Made by a program: the position numbers and the translations under genes
DNA from: Eubacteriales bacterium
Lineage (GTDB): Bacteria; Bacillota; Clostridia; Oscillospirales; CAG-382
Assembly: GCA_045598975.1 (NCBI GenBank)
Contig: JAZRVE010000112.1
Coordinates: 2,118-66,117, forward strand
Length of the DNA: 64,000 bases
Direction: 5' to 3'
In this document: piece by piece, positions 10,753-19,347 of the stretch
How the letters are laid out: each line of letters begins with the position of its first letter
Position numbering within the stretch: the stretch's first letter is position 1
Notes under the pieces: model-generated
Seen by the model: only the letters and a program-made list of their open reading frames with translations
Database searches by the model: none
What the model was told of the DNA's origin: nothing

Positions 10753-10991
10753 GACTGGATAAGTATCTGAAAGTAACGCGCATCATCAAGCGCCGCACGG
10801 TCGCCAACAACGCCTGCGACACCGATCACGTCACCGTCAACGGCAGACCTGCCAAGGCTTCGTATGAGGTCAAGATCGGCGACGAGATCGCCATCACGTT
10901 CGGCGAAAAGACGGTGCGCTTTGCCGTGACGGACGTAAAGGAAACGGTCGGAAAGGATGCGGCGTCAACGCTGTATCGGGTGCTGGAATAA
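10749..10991 (+). CDS. yabO: S4-domain RNA-binding protein (YabO/Hsp15-like)
   Basis: MRLDKYLKVTRIIKRRTVA is a classic S4 N-terminus. Length is 80 aa, and synteny with mazG and yabP fits. Confidence 0.8.
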   Translation: MRLDKYLKVTRIIKRRTVANNACDTDHVTVNGRPAKASYEVKIGDEIAITFGEKTVRFAVTDVKETVGKDAASTLYRVLE

Positions 10992-11061
10992 AGCCCTGTC
11001 TGCGGGCATATCCTTTTTTGAAGCCGTGTAAGCGGTCAAACGGAAAGGGGTATGATGAGGT

Positions 11062-11334
11062 ATGCAGGAAACCTGCGGCATGATCACCATCACGGATCGC
11101 AAAAAGGTGACGCTCACCGGTATTTCTTCGGTGGAGAGCTTTGACGAATATGAAGTGGTGCTTTCGGTGTCGTGCGGCACACTGACGGTGGAGGGCGAAA
11201 ATTTAAGCATAACGGGGCTCGATCTCGAAAAAGGAACGGTCGAAGCGACGGGGCTCATCCGATGCGTGGCTTACAGCGATGCGGGAAGCGGGAAAAAAGG
11301 GCTTGCCGCAAGGCTGTTCGGCAGAAATGAATAG
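11062..11334 (+). CDS. yabP: sporulation protein YabP
   Basis: ITDRKKVTLTGISSVESFDEYEVVLSVSCGTLTVEGENLSITGLDLEKG matches the YabP family pattern. An alternative start is ATG 11080. Confidence 0.85.
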   Translation: MQETCGMITITDRKKVTLTGISSVESFDEYEVVLSVSCGTLTVEGENLSITGLDLEKGTVEATGLIRCVAYSDAGSGKKGLAARLFGRNE

Positions 11335-11352
11335 GCAGGGCACGGAAAAAGC

Positions 11353-11793
11353 ATGGAAATACTCTTCGGAAGAAGTCCGTATCCGGTGCTTGTGTCGTTT
11401 GCCGTGTGCGGAATGTTGGCGGGGCTTTTGTACGACCTGCTGAAAATCAAGCGAAAACTGCTCGGCGCACCGGCGCTTGTCGTGTTTGCCGACGACGTGT
11501 TCTTTTGCTTTTGTACGGCGGTGGCGGTCGTGTTCGACGCCTATGCCTTCAACGACGGGAACCTTAAATGGTATGAAGCGCCCGCCATGCTTGCGGGATG
11601 GCTGCTCTACCGAAGAACGCTGTCGCGGCTTCTGATAAAGACGGCAGACTGGCTGATCGGGCTTGTCGGGGGGCTTGTGAAACGGGTGACGGTACCGCTG
11701 TGCCGCTTGTTAAAAAAGAGTGAAAAGGCGCTTGCGGGGCGTGTCCGGTACGCCTGCGCCGTCCGACGCGTCAGTCTGTGCCGGATCGGATAA
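11353..11793 (+). CDS. yabQ: spore cortex biosynthesis protein YabQ-like membrane protein
   Basis: Small multi-TM protein directly after yabP, the position conserved in Bacillus and Clostridia. Sequence similarity was judged by eye only. Confidence 0.6.
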   Translation: MEILFGRSPYPVLVSFAVCGMLAGLLYDLLKIKRKLLGAPALVVFADDVFFCFCTAVAVVFDAYAFNDGNLKWYEAPAMLAGWLLYRRTLSRLLIKTADWLIGLVGGLVKRVTVPLCRLLKKSEKALAGRVRYACAVRRVSLCRIG

Positions 11794-11834
11794 AGGATCG
11801 GATAAAGGTCGGACAGAGAAAGGAAGGAAACGGA

Positions 11835-12095
11835 ATGAAACTGCTCAAACACGTGGCGATCGTCATCGTGATCCTCTTGCTGTTGATCATTGCCGTCAAA
11901 CAGCAGCTCGATCTCAACGTGGCGCAGGACAGGGCGGACGAACTGCAAAAACAGTTGGATGCCATCGAATACGAAAACGAAAAAAAGCAGAACGAGCTCG
12001 ATCTGCCGTTTGAGGAACAGATGAAGAAGCAGGCGCAGGAGCGGGGCTATAAAGACCCGGATGCGCAGTATTATTATAACGATTATGCCGGATAA
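11835..12095 (+). CDS. divIC: septum formation initiator (DivIC/FtsB-like)
   Basis: ATG 11835 has RBS GGAAGGAAACGGA. The product has one N-terminal TM helix followed by a coiled coil (QQLDLNVAQDRADELQKQLDAIEYENEKKQNELD). Position after yabQ is as in Bacillus. Confidence 0.6.
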   Translation: MKLLKHVAIVIVILLLLIIAVKQQLDLNVAQDRADELQKQLDAIEYENEKKQNELDLPFEEQMKKQAQERGYKDPDAQYYYNDYAG

Positions 12096-12161
12096 GAGTA
12101 AAAATAAACGAAAACGGCAATATGCTGACGAAAATATTTGGATAAATTTCACAAATATCTC

Positions 12162-12190
12162 TTTACAAATCGCGGACTCTGTGGTATACT
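12162..12190 (+). promoter_or_regulatory. sigma-A-type promoter of hpf
   Basis: TTTACA-17 nt-TATACT with an extended -10 TG (tgtggTATACT), about 48 nt upstream of the hpf ATG. Confidence 0.6.
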
Positions 12191-12237
12191 GATGACAGAA
12201 AGGGAAACCTTTCGAGAAAAATACAGGAGGAGTCCCC

Positions 12238-12774
12238 ATGAAACTGACCATTACCGGCAGAAAATTCCACGTAACCGATGATCTGACCAAGAGGATCACG
12301 ACAAAACTGTCAAAGCTGGATAAGTTTTTTGACGACGAGGCGACGGCGAACGTCGTGCTTCGCTCGCGGAAAGAGCAGGAGATCATCGAGATCACGATCT
12401 TTGCGGCGTCGACCATGTTCCGTGCGGAGGTGGAAGACCAAACGGTCTTGAATGCGTTGGATAAGGCAGTGGATATTATCGAGCGGCAGATCCGCAAAAA
12501 CAAGACGCGCTTGGAAAAACGTCTGAAACCGGGCTCCTTCGATAAAGCTTCTCTTGCCGAAGCGCAGTGGAACGACGTGCAGGAGGAAGTGATCCGCATC
12601 ACGCGCAACAAGCAGATCCCCGTCCGTCTCATGTCGCCCGAAGAGGCGGTCATGCAAATGAATCTGTTGGGACACGATTTCTTTCTGTTCTTGCATGAGC
12701 ATACCGGAACGCCCTGCGTGGTGTATAAGAAAAAGAACGACGAATACGGGATCATCGAAGCCGTGACCGACTGA
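12238..12774 (+). CDS. hpf: ribosome hibernation promoting factor, long form
   Basis: MKLTITGRKFHVTDDLTKRITTKLSKLDKFF N-terminal domain plus the C-terminal dimerisation domain (MSPEEAVMQMNLLGHDFFLF). RBS AGGAGG. Confidence 0.9.
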   Translation: MKLTITGRKFHVTDDLTKRITTKLSKLDKFFDDEATANVVLRSRKEQEIIEITIFAASTMFRAEVEDQTVLNALDKAVDIIERQIRKNKTRLEKRLKPGSFDKASLAEAQWNDVQEEVIRITRNKQIPVRLMSPEEAVMQMNLLGHDFFLFLHEHTGTPCVVYKKKNDEYGIIEAVTD

Positions 12775-12787
12775 AACAAAAATGAAG

Positions 12788-12815
12788 GCTCTGCGGGAAA
12801 CCGCAGAGCTTTTTT
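12788..12815 (+). terminator. rho-independent terminator after hpf
   Basis: GCTCTGCGG-gaaa-CCGCAGAGC followed by TTTTTT. Confidence 0.8.
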
Positions 12816-12829
12816 GCGTATGCAAAGCC

Positions 12830-12858
12830 TTGACAAAAGAGCGGTTTCGCGGTATAAT
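12830..12858 (+). promoter_or_regulatory. sigma-A-type promoter of the PHP gene
   Basis: Consensus TTGACA-17 nt-TATAAT. It lies inside the 5' extension of track ORF 12814, which argues for the downstream start. Confidence 0.65.
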
Positions 12859-12915
12859 GCAGGGGTGATGAGGGCGAAAAAAAGCGCCCGCAACGACAGA
12901 AAGCGGAGAAAAAGC

Positions 12916-13617
12916 ATGTATCGGTATGAAACGCATCTGCATACAAAGCCTGTCAGCGGCTGTGCACGGGCGACGGTAAGAGAAACGGTCGAATTTTACA
13001 AGCAAATCGGTTACGACGGCATTTTTGTCACCAACCATTTTGTCAACGGCAACGTGGGGATCGACCGCAAGAAGCCGTACGAGGAAAAAATCGAGTATTA
13101 CTTTTCCGATTATGAAGAAGCGGTGAAAATCGGAAAAGAAGTCGGGCTGAAAGTCTTTCTGGGAGTGGAAATGTCACACGGCGGTGCGAAGTGGTCGAAT
13201 CTCGGCGGAGATTTTCTGGTATACGGTCTTGACAAGCAGTGGTATTTGAAGCATCCCGAGATCGAACACATGGAAAAGAGCGAACAACTGCCGCTGTACG
13301 TGGCAAGCGGGGCACTTGTCATCCATGCGCATCCTTTCCGGCAGACGGAGCAGATATGGCTTTACCCGCACGTCGAACACGGCGTGGAGATCATCAATGC
13401 CGGAAACACCGACCGTTCCAATCAGATGGCGAAGCTGTACGCGGAGGAGTTCGGGCTCGCCGTGACGGCGGGATCGGATAATCATGTGGCGGGCGCCAAT
13501 CACCGTCTTGCCGGGATCGAGACCGAAACACCCATTGAAAGCGTCGAGGACTTCATCGAGCGTGTCAAAGCCAGACAGGTGCAGGTCTTTCAGATGGATA
13601 ATCCCCTGCGCCAATAA
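12916..13617 (+). CDS. PHP-domain metal-dependent phosphoesterase
   Basis: MYRYETHLHTKPVSGCA (His-x-His PHP motif) with later IHAHPF and GSDNH motifs. Start is at ATG 12916 (RBS GCGGAG), downstream of the promoter. Confidence 0.75.
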   Translation: MYRYETHLHTKPVSGCARATVRETVEFYKQIGYDGIFVTNHFVNGNVGIDRKKPYEEKIEYYFSDYEEAVKIGKEVGLKVFLGVEMSHGGAKWSNLGGDFLVYGLDKQWYLKHPEIEHMEKSEQLPLYVASGALVIHAHPFRQTEQIWLYPHVEHGVEIINAGNTDRSNQMAKLYAEEFGLAVTAGSDNHVAGANHRLAGIETETPIESVEDFIERVKARQVQVFQMDNPLRQ

Positions 13618-13629
13618 CGAAAAAAGAAA

Positions 13630-13659
13630 ATGCATCCGTAAACAACGGATGCATTTTTT
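13630..13659. terminator. bidirectional terminator between convergent genes
   Basis: ATGCATCCG-taaacaa-CGGATGCAT is flanked by an A-run on the left and a T-run on the right. Confidence 0.8.
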
Positions 13660-13672
13660 GTGTGTAAACCGG

Positions 13673-14524
13673 TCAGACGCTCTTGATGAGGGCGCACTGA
13701 TTGTCGGCAAGGGTAAAATGCCGGGGATCGAAATCGGTTTCCGCAAGCAGGTTGTCCTTGTCGATGAGGAACACCTTCATGTCCCCGTCGAGGTCGGTTT
13801 CAAACTCGCAGGCGGCGCCCGAAACATTGGTGACGAGGAGGGCTTTGCGGGAGCCGTGCTCCTTGATGTAACGGAAGAAACGGTAGAAAAACTCGACGCG
13901 GTAGCGCACGACGCAGTTGGAGTATTCCCAATCGTATGGCTTGTTGGGCATGCGCGAAAGCCCGTATTTTTCAGGATCGAGGAAAATGCCGTAAAAACCG
14001 CAGGAAGCGAAGCCGCCGACCTTGATGGTGTTGCCGAAGCATGCTTTCAAGTGCTTTGCGGCGGTGTCGTAGAGTTCAAAATATTCCTCCGGCGTACCCT
14101 GCCACATCTGATTGTCCTGCGGCAGATGGGTGTGATCCGGCTCGTTCCATATTTCCCAATAGGTGATGCCGTAACGGAAGCCGTCCGCCCAGCCCTCGTT
14201 GTAGTGGCGGATGACGTGTTCGCAGATGTGTGCCCATTTGGCGTTGTCCTTGGGCGGGAAAATGCGGTACGCACGCCATTTGCAGTAGTTTTCGATGGAG
14301 ACGCCGAGGCGGAAGACCGGCTCGACGTGATGGGACATGAGCGTTTGGATGAGCCAGTCGGTGAAGACGAAATCGTAGTTTGCGGGATCGGTCTCGTCGG
14401 CGTCGAAGTCGCGGAAAATGTTGGGAATATCGACGAACAGACCGTCGGCAAAGTTGCCGCCGACGTCGTGCATAGGCTTGACGGGACCGAGGACGCGACC
14501 GAAATCGGTACGGATATTAGTCAT
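13673..14524 (-). CDS. clan GH-A (GH39-like) glycoside hydrolase fragment-length protein
   Basis: ATG 14524 has RBS AAAGGTGAT. GITYWEIWNEPD is the clan GH-A acid/base NEP motif. The product is only 283 aa and may be internally deleted (see findings). Confidence 0.6.
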   Translation of the reverse strand: MTNIRTDFGRVLGPVKPMHDVGGNFADGLFVDIPNIFRDFDADETDPANYDFVFTDWLIQTLMSHHVEPVFRLGVSIENYCKWRAYRIFPPKDNAKWAHICEHVIRHYNEGWADGFRYGITYWEIWNEPDHTHLPQDNQMWQGTPEEYFELYDTAAKHLKACFGNTIKVGGFASCGFYGIFLDPEKYGLSRMPNKPYDWEYSNCVVRYRVEFFYRFFRYIKEHGSRKALLVTNVSGAACEFETDLDGDMKVFLIDKDNLLAETDFDPRHFTLADNQCALIKSV

Positions 14525-14685
14525 GGTGATCACCTTTCTTTGAAAACTTGTGTTCATAATAAAACATAGAAGCAATTATGCAAGGAAAAACACCGCTTTT
14601 TTCTCGCATTTGTGAGGAAAGCGGGGCGCCGTAAGCCGGCGGCGAAATACTCTATGAATATTTTGTAAATAAAGGAAAATTTAAC

Positions 14686-14713
14686 TTGCAATTCGAAAAG
14701 GTTATATTATAAT
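14686..14713 (+). promoter_or_regulatory. candidate sigma-A promoter of the GH20 gene
   Basis: TTGCAA-16 nt-TATAAT, 55 nt upstream of ATG 14768. Confidence 0.5.
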
Positions 14714-14767
14714 AAGATAAACGCGGGGAAAAAGCAGGAAAAATAAAACTTTCAGGAGGGATACGGT

Positions 14768-16612
14768 ATGCGTATCACAGGAGAGATCACAGAAGTCATA
14801 AGGGGCTTCGAGGAACTGTTCGGCGCGGGTGGCAGTGAGCCCGAGGTACTTGTCAAAAAGAAGGACGGAAAAGGGTTCACCGTTTCCGCCGATGAGAAGG
14901 GGTATCAGATCGAATACGGCACGCCGACGGACTTTTTCCGCGCTTGTGCCCTTATGAACTACCGTATTTCGCAAAAGGAAACTTCTTTCACGCTGACGGA
15001 AGCGCCCCGCTTTGATTCCTGCGGCATCATGATCGATGTCTCCCGCAACGCCGTTTTGAAGGTGGACGCCGTCAAGGAAATGATCCGGTACATGGCACGA
15101 ATGGGGCTCAACCGTCTGATGCTGTACACGGAAGATACCTATCAGATGGAGAAATACCCGTATTTCGGCTATCTGCGCGGCGCATACAGCAAGGAAGAGA
15201 TCAAGTCGATCGTGGCATACGGCGATGTTTTCGGCATCGAGACGGTGCCGTGTATCCAGACGCTGGGGCACCTTGCCATGGCGCTTCGCTGGAAATACGC
15301 GGCTGACATCCGCGACACCGACCGTACCCTTTTGTGCGACGAAGAGAAGACATACGAATTTATCGAGGAAATGATCAAGACGGCACGCGAGTGCTATCAT
15401 ACCGATAAGATCCACATCGGCATGGACGAGTCCACCGATACCGGTACCGGTCAGTACCGTGAGAAGTTCGGTCAGGTCAGCCGCCGCGAGATCATCGAGC
15501 GCCACCTCGGACGCGTTATCGAGATCGTCAATAAGTACGGCTTCAAGCCCATGATGTGGAGCGATATGTTCTTCTGCAACGGCTCGGATAAGGGCATGTA
15601 CTACGATCCGCACGCCGATCTGCCGACCGATACGCCGGAAGACCTGTCGGTGGTGTTCTGGGACTACTACCACGTCAACGCCGAGATGTACGAAAGCATG
15701 ATCTTAGCGCATAAGCGCATGAACCGTAACGTCGTGTTTGCCGGCGGCGTGTGGACGTGGATGGGACCTGCTATTGAGTATGATAAGTCCATTGTCACCA
15801 CCAACTGCGGACTTACCGCTTGTATGCGGCAGGGGATAAAGGACGTGTTCGCGACGCTCTGGGGCGATAACGGTGCCGAATGCAGTGTTTTCGCGTCGTT
15901 GTTCGGCTTGCAGATGTATGCCGAATATAATTACGCACCCGAAAAGCCGGACGATAAGCGTTTCGACGAATACTTCAAGATGTGTACCGGGCTCGACGCG
16001 GCGTCCTTCCGGGCACTCGGTGTCGATACTTTCTCCGATGAGATGTGCCCGTCGCATCAGTGCGGTCTTTCCAAGCAGGTCCTGCATCAGGATATCTTGC
16101 TCGGGCAGTTTGACAAGAACTTTACGCAGTTCGATATCAAGGCGCATTTCGGTTCGTATCTCGATAAGCTCAACGCGGCGCCGCATCAGGGCAATATGGA
16201 GTATTACTTTGATTATTACCGCAGCTTTGTCAAGGTGCTGTACGATAAGTGCGACGTCGGCATCAATCTGACAAACGCCTATCAGTCGCAGGATAAGCAG
16301 GCACTCGTCGCGTCTCTCGGTCAGCTCAAAGTGCTGTATGATGACCTTGTCCGCTTCCATGAAAAATCGGCGAAGGTGTGGTACCGCAATAATAAGGGGT
16401 TCGGCTACGAACTGCTCGACGGGCGGTACGGCTGTCTGGAAGCACGCTGCAAGAGAGCCATTGAGCGCGTGAGAGCCTACCTGAACGGCGAGATCACCGA
16501 GATCGAGGAGCTTGCGGCGGAAAGACTGTTCTACAACACGCCCGGCACGTCGGAGAGCCCGCTGTTTCTCGAAGGCTGCTCCTTCCGCTCGGCGTTCTCG
16601 GTGGCACAGTAA
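14768..16612 (+). CDS. GH20 beta-N-acetylhexosaminidase
   Basis: CGIMIDVSRN, GLNRLMLYTEDT and the catalytic pair in HIGMDE. RBS AGGAGGG. Confidence 0.85.
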   Translation: MRITGEITEVIRGFEELFGAGGSEPEVLVKKKDGKGFTVSADEKGYQIEYGTPTDFFRACALMNYRISQKETSFTLTEAPRFDSCGIMIDVSRNAVLKVDAVKEMIRYMARMGLNRLMLYTEDTYQMEKYPYFGYLRGAYSKEEIKSIVAYGDVFGIETVPCIQTLGHLAMALRWKYAADIRDTDRTLLCDEEKTYEFIEEMIKTARECYHTDKIHIGMDESTDTGTGQYREKFGQVSRREIIERHLGRVIEIVNKYGFKPMMWSDMFFCNGSDKGMYYDPHADLPTDTPEDLSVVFWDYYHVNAEMYESMILAHKRMNRNVVFAGGVWTWMGPAIEYDKSIVTTNCGLTACMRQGIKDVFATLWGDNGAECSVFASLFGLQMYAEYNYAPEKPDDKRFDEYFKMCTGLDAASFRALGVDTFSDEMCPSHQCGLSKQVLHQDILLGQFDKNFTQFDIKAHFGSYLDKLNAAPHQGNMEYYFDYYRSFVKVLYDKCDVGINLTNAYQSQDKQALVASLGQLKVLYDDLVRFHEKSAKVWYRNNKGFGYELLDGRYGCLEARCKRAIERVRAYLNGEITEIEELAAERLFYNTPGTSESPLFLEGCSFRSAFSVAQ

Positions 16613-16673
16613 AAATAAGGACGTAAAAAACGCGAAAAATGCCGAAAAAAGGCAGAAATATGGACTTTTTCTG

Positions 16674-16702
16674 TTGACAAACCGAAACTTATGTGTTATA
16701 AT
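16674..16702 (+). promoter_or_regulatory. sigma-A-type promoter of a stand-alone small gene
   Basis: Consensus TTGACA-17 nt-TATAAT with an extended -10 (tgtgtTATAAT). Confidence 0.65.
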
Positions 16703-16740
16703 ATGACCGTTGTGCAAAACAGTTATTCTCGGAAAGATGG

Positions 16741-16947
16741 TTGGAACAGATGGATTTTATGTGGATCGTTATTGCAGTAGTAGTCGTGCTTTATGCCGTT
16801 ATCGAATGGATCATTCATTATATACCGTACGCGCAACAGCGTGATTATATCAAGATGGAAATGAAGCGTGCCGGCAATGACGCGGAATATCACCACTGGG
16901 AAAAGGAACTGAAAGACCTGCATAAGAAGCATCCGTTGTTTCCCTGA
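16741..16947 (+). CDS. small single-TM membrane protein, unknown function
   Basis: The 60-68 aa ORF encodes a hydrophobic helix (WIVIAVVVVLYAVIEWIIHYI) and then a charged tail. It is bracketed by its own promoter and a terminator. The start is ambiguous: TTG 16741, ATG 16750 or ATG 16759. Confidence 0.45.
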   Translation: MEQMDFMWIVIAVVVVLYAVIEWIIHYIPYAQQRDYIKMEMKRAGNDAEYHHWEKELKDLHKKHPLFP

Positions 16948-16971
16948 TAAAAAACCGAAGATCATAAGAAG

Positions 16972-16998
16972 AGCGCGTGCCCGAAAGGGGCACGCGCT
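16972..16998. terminator. hairpin terminator between the convergent small ORF and malQ
   Basis: AGCGCGTGCCC-gaaag-GGGCACGCGCT, an 11-bp GC-rich stem. The flanking T-runs are short. Confidence 0.7.
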
Positions 16999-17001
16999 TT
17001 G

Positions 17002-18438
17002 TCATATTCTCTTGTACAGATCGTTGAGACGGCGGTAATAGGCGCGGTCAACGGAGAAGAGCTGTTCACGTGTGATGCGGAAGCGCCAGTTGCCGTCCGG
17101 CTTGCCGGGAATGTTGAAGCGGGTATCCGAGCCGAAGCCGAGGATGTCCTGAATGGGCAGGATAACGAGCGATGCGTGGGAGGCGAAGAGCGTGCGGATG
17201 ATGCTCGCATAGCCTCTGTCCCAGGCGGGATCGGTGTAGCCGCAGTATGCAAGCATCTTGCGGCGGGTGTTATCGTCAAGCTCCCACACGTAACCGAGCA
17301 GGGTGTTGTTGTCGTGGGTGCCGGTGTAGGCGACGCAGTTGCCGGGATAGTTGTGCGGCTTGTGGATACTGTCATCGTCCGAAAGAAAGCCGAACTGTAA
17401 GACGCGCATACCGGGGAAGCCGCTGTACGCGACAAGGTCTGCGACCTCTTTGGTAATGTCGCCGAGGTCTTCGGCGATGATGCCGCCGTCGCCGCCGATG
17501 CTTTTGATGACGTCGATAAAGTCTTTGCCGGGACCTTTTTCCCAGTGTCCTTCCTTGGCGCTTTCCGCGCTTGCCGGAATGCTCCAATAGGATTCGAGCG
17601 CCCGGAAGTGGTCGATACGAACGCAGTCGAAGAGGGAAAAGTTGTGGCGCAGACGGTCGCACCACCATGCGTAACCGTCCTTTTTCATGATATCCCAGTC
17701 GTAGAGCGGATTGCCCCAGAGCTGACCGTCCGCGGAAAAATAGTCGGGCGGCACGCCGGCGACGCATGACGGATGCCCGTCACGGTCGAGCTGAAACAGA
17801 GACCGGTTTGCCCAGACATCACTGCTGTCAAAGGAAACGTAGATGGGAATGTCGCCGATGAGCTTTACGTGTTTTTCGGCGGCATACGCCCGCACCGCCG
17901 CCCACTCGGTGAAAAATTCATACTGTATGAATTTCCATAGGAACAGCACGTCGTCGTCCGGGGTGTCGACCGTCCATTCGATCCACGGCTTTTCGGCGTT
18001 TGCGTTTTTGAGCGCCATGAAGCGGCAGAAATCCGCAAGATAGCGGTCGCTTTCGATAAAGCGCTCGATTTCGGCGCGATCCTTTACGCGGCGGGAGGCA
18101 CGCATGAGAAGCTCGCACCGGGTGTGGTACAACCGCACGTATTCGCAGGAATAAGGCGTCTCCTGCCGTGCTTCGCGCAGTTCGTCGTCTGTGAGAAGCC
18201 CTTTTTCACGCAGGACGGCAAGATCGATAAAATAGGGATTGCCGCCGAAAGCGGAGTAGGATTTGTAAGGCGAGTTGCATTCGTCCACCATGCAGAAGGG
18301 AAGTACCTGCCAGTAGGAAAAGCCGCAGTCGGCAAGAAAATCGATAAACACCCGGCAGCTTTCCCCGAACGAGCCGATGGAATAATCGCCGAAGAGGGCG
18401 GAAACCGGCATGAGAACGCCGGAGGAACGGGACAGCAT
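17002..18438 (-). CDS. malQ: 4-alpha-glucanotransferase (amylomaltase, GH77)
   Basis: MLSRSSGVLMPVSALFGDYSIGSFG N-terminus, with GIPIYVSFDS and WGNPLYDW motifs. Start is taken as ATG 18438, 7 nt after AAGGAG; the track start GTG 18447 lies within the RBS. Confidence 0.9.
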   Translation of the reverse strand: MLSRSSGVLMPVSALFGDYSIGSFGESCRVFIDFLADCGFSYWQVLPFCMVDECNSPYKSYSAFGGNPYFIDLAVLREKGLLTDDELREARQETPYSCEYVRLYHTRCELLMRASRRVKDRAEIERFIESDRYLADFCRFMALKNANAEKPWIEWTVDTPDDDVLFLWKFIQYEFFTEWAAVRAYAAEKHVKLIGDIPIYVSFDSSDVWANRSLFQLDRDGHPSCVAGVPPDYFSADGQLWGNPLYDWDIMKKDGYAWWCDRLRHNFSLFDCVRIDHFRALESYWSIPASAESAKEGHWEKGPGKDFIDVIKSIGGDGGIIAEDLGDITKEVADLVAYSGFPGMRVLQFGFLSDDDSIHKPHNYPGNCVAYTGTHDNNTLLGYVWELDDNTRRKMLAYCGYTDPAWDRGYASIIRTLFASHASLVILPIQDILGFGSDTRFNIPGKPDGNWRFRITREQLFSVDRAYYRRLNDLYKRI

Positions 18439-18453
18439 AAAAAGCACTCCTTT

Positions 18454-19347
18454 TTACGGATGATAACAGAATACCCCGACCGCTGTCCCGACCGGGAGTC
18501 CGTCGCGGATGCGTTCGGCGTATAAACGCTGTAAGAGCGTGTTTTTCGGGAGGGAATCGCAGGGAAGCCCGGCCTTGTCGCCGAAGACGTGGGTGAGCTC
18601 GCGGTATTCAAAAGATTCCTCGACGGAAATCAGCGTGTAGGATGACGCAAAGGCACGGATGCGCGAGGTGTCGGGCAGTTTTTTCACAATGGGCGGATAC
18701 AGTAAATAACTGTCGGCGACAAAGACGTCTGTGCCGCCGAGAAGAGAAGCGTTTTGGTAGGCTTGCGCAAGCGCCGGCGCCGAAAGATCGGCGTGCGGGG
18801 AAATATGCACCTGCAAAACGAAGCAAGAGGCGTCAAGTGCGCAAAACGGCTTGTAGAGATACGGCGAAAGCCGCACGGTAAGCGAGCCGACCGCCACAAG
18901 ATCAAGCGAGGCGTAGCCCATGAAAAAGAGATATTCGGTGAGTCCCGGCACGCCGTGCACGCACCGGTACGCCTCGGCACTCTCCGCCGTGCGTGAAAGA
19001 AACAGCCGGAAGAAGTCGTCGGGAATGCCGCGCTTTTGATATTCTTTTCGCGTTTGTACGGCGGCATACAGTAAAAAAGCAAGAAAAAGCGATTCCGGCG
19101 GCGTTCCGGTCTTTTTCGCATACGCGTACAGCGGCGCGTAGACGGCGTCATACGGGCAAAAGCCTGCGGAAAAAGTACCGAGCTTTCCGTTGGCAAACGG
19201 GAAGACGGCTTTTGCCGCCTCGGTAAAAAAGGCGTCGCACAGCGCGTCGGTGTCAAGCCCGTTCAGACAGGCACGAAAACGGGCGGTGTCATCATCGGAA
19301 AAACCGCATAAGCGGCAGATTTCCGTAAAGCAAGCACCGTTTTTCAT
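18454..19347 (-). CDS. conserved hypothetical protein (possibly GNAT-like acyltransferase-domain family; function not established)
   Basis: Its ATG overlaps the mnmG stop (ATGA), and its stop is 15 nt before the malQ ATG. Composition is normal for a protein. The family assignment is from memory only. Confidence 0.5.
   Translation of the reverse strand: MKNGACFTEICRLCGFSDDDTARFRACLNGLDTDALCDAFFTEAAKAVFPFANGKLGTFSAGFCPYDAVYAPLYAYAKKTGTPPESLFLAFLLYAAVQTRKEYQKRGIPDDFFRLFLSRTAESAEAYRCVHGVPGLTEYLFFMGYASLDLVAVGSLTVRLSPYLYKPFCALDASCFVLQVHISPHADLSAPALAQAYQNASLLGGTDVFVADSYLLYPPIVKKLPDTSRIRAFASSYTLISVEESFEYRELTHVFGDKAGLPCDSLPKNTLLQRLYAERIRDGLPVGTAVGVFCYHP

Noticed and set aside
12814-12915. N-terminal extension of the PHP gene, starting at TTG 12814.
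   Set aside because: It contains the hpf terminator tail and a consensus TTGACA-17-TATAAT promoter, so it lies upstream of the likely transcription start. ATG 12916 has an RBS and begins with the PHP His-x-His motif.
14560-14650. Two small hairpins (CCGCTTT...AAAGCGG and CGCCG-taagc-CGGCG) in the divergent spacer between the GH-A-like and GH20 genes.
   Set aside because: The stems are short, with a long loop in the first, and they lie upstream of both candidate promoters, so they are probably not transcribed. No known RNA motif was recognised.
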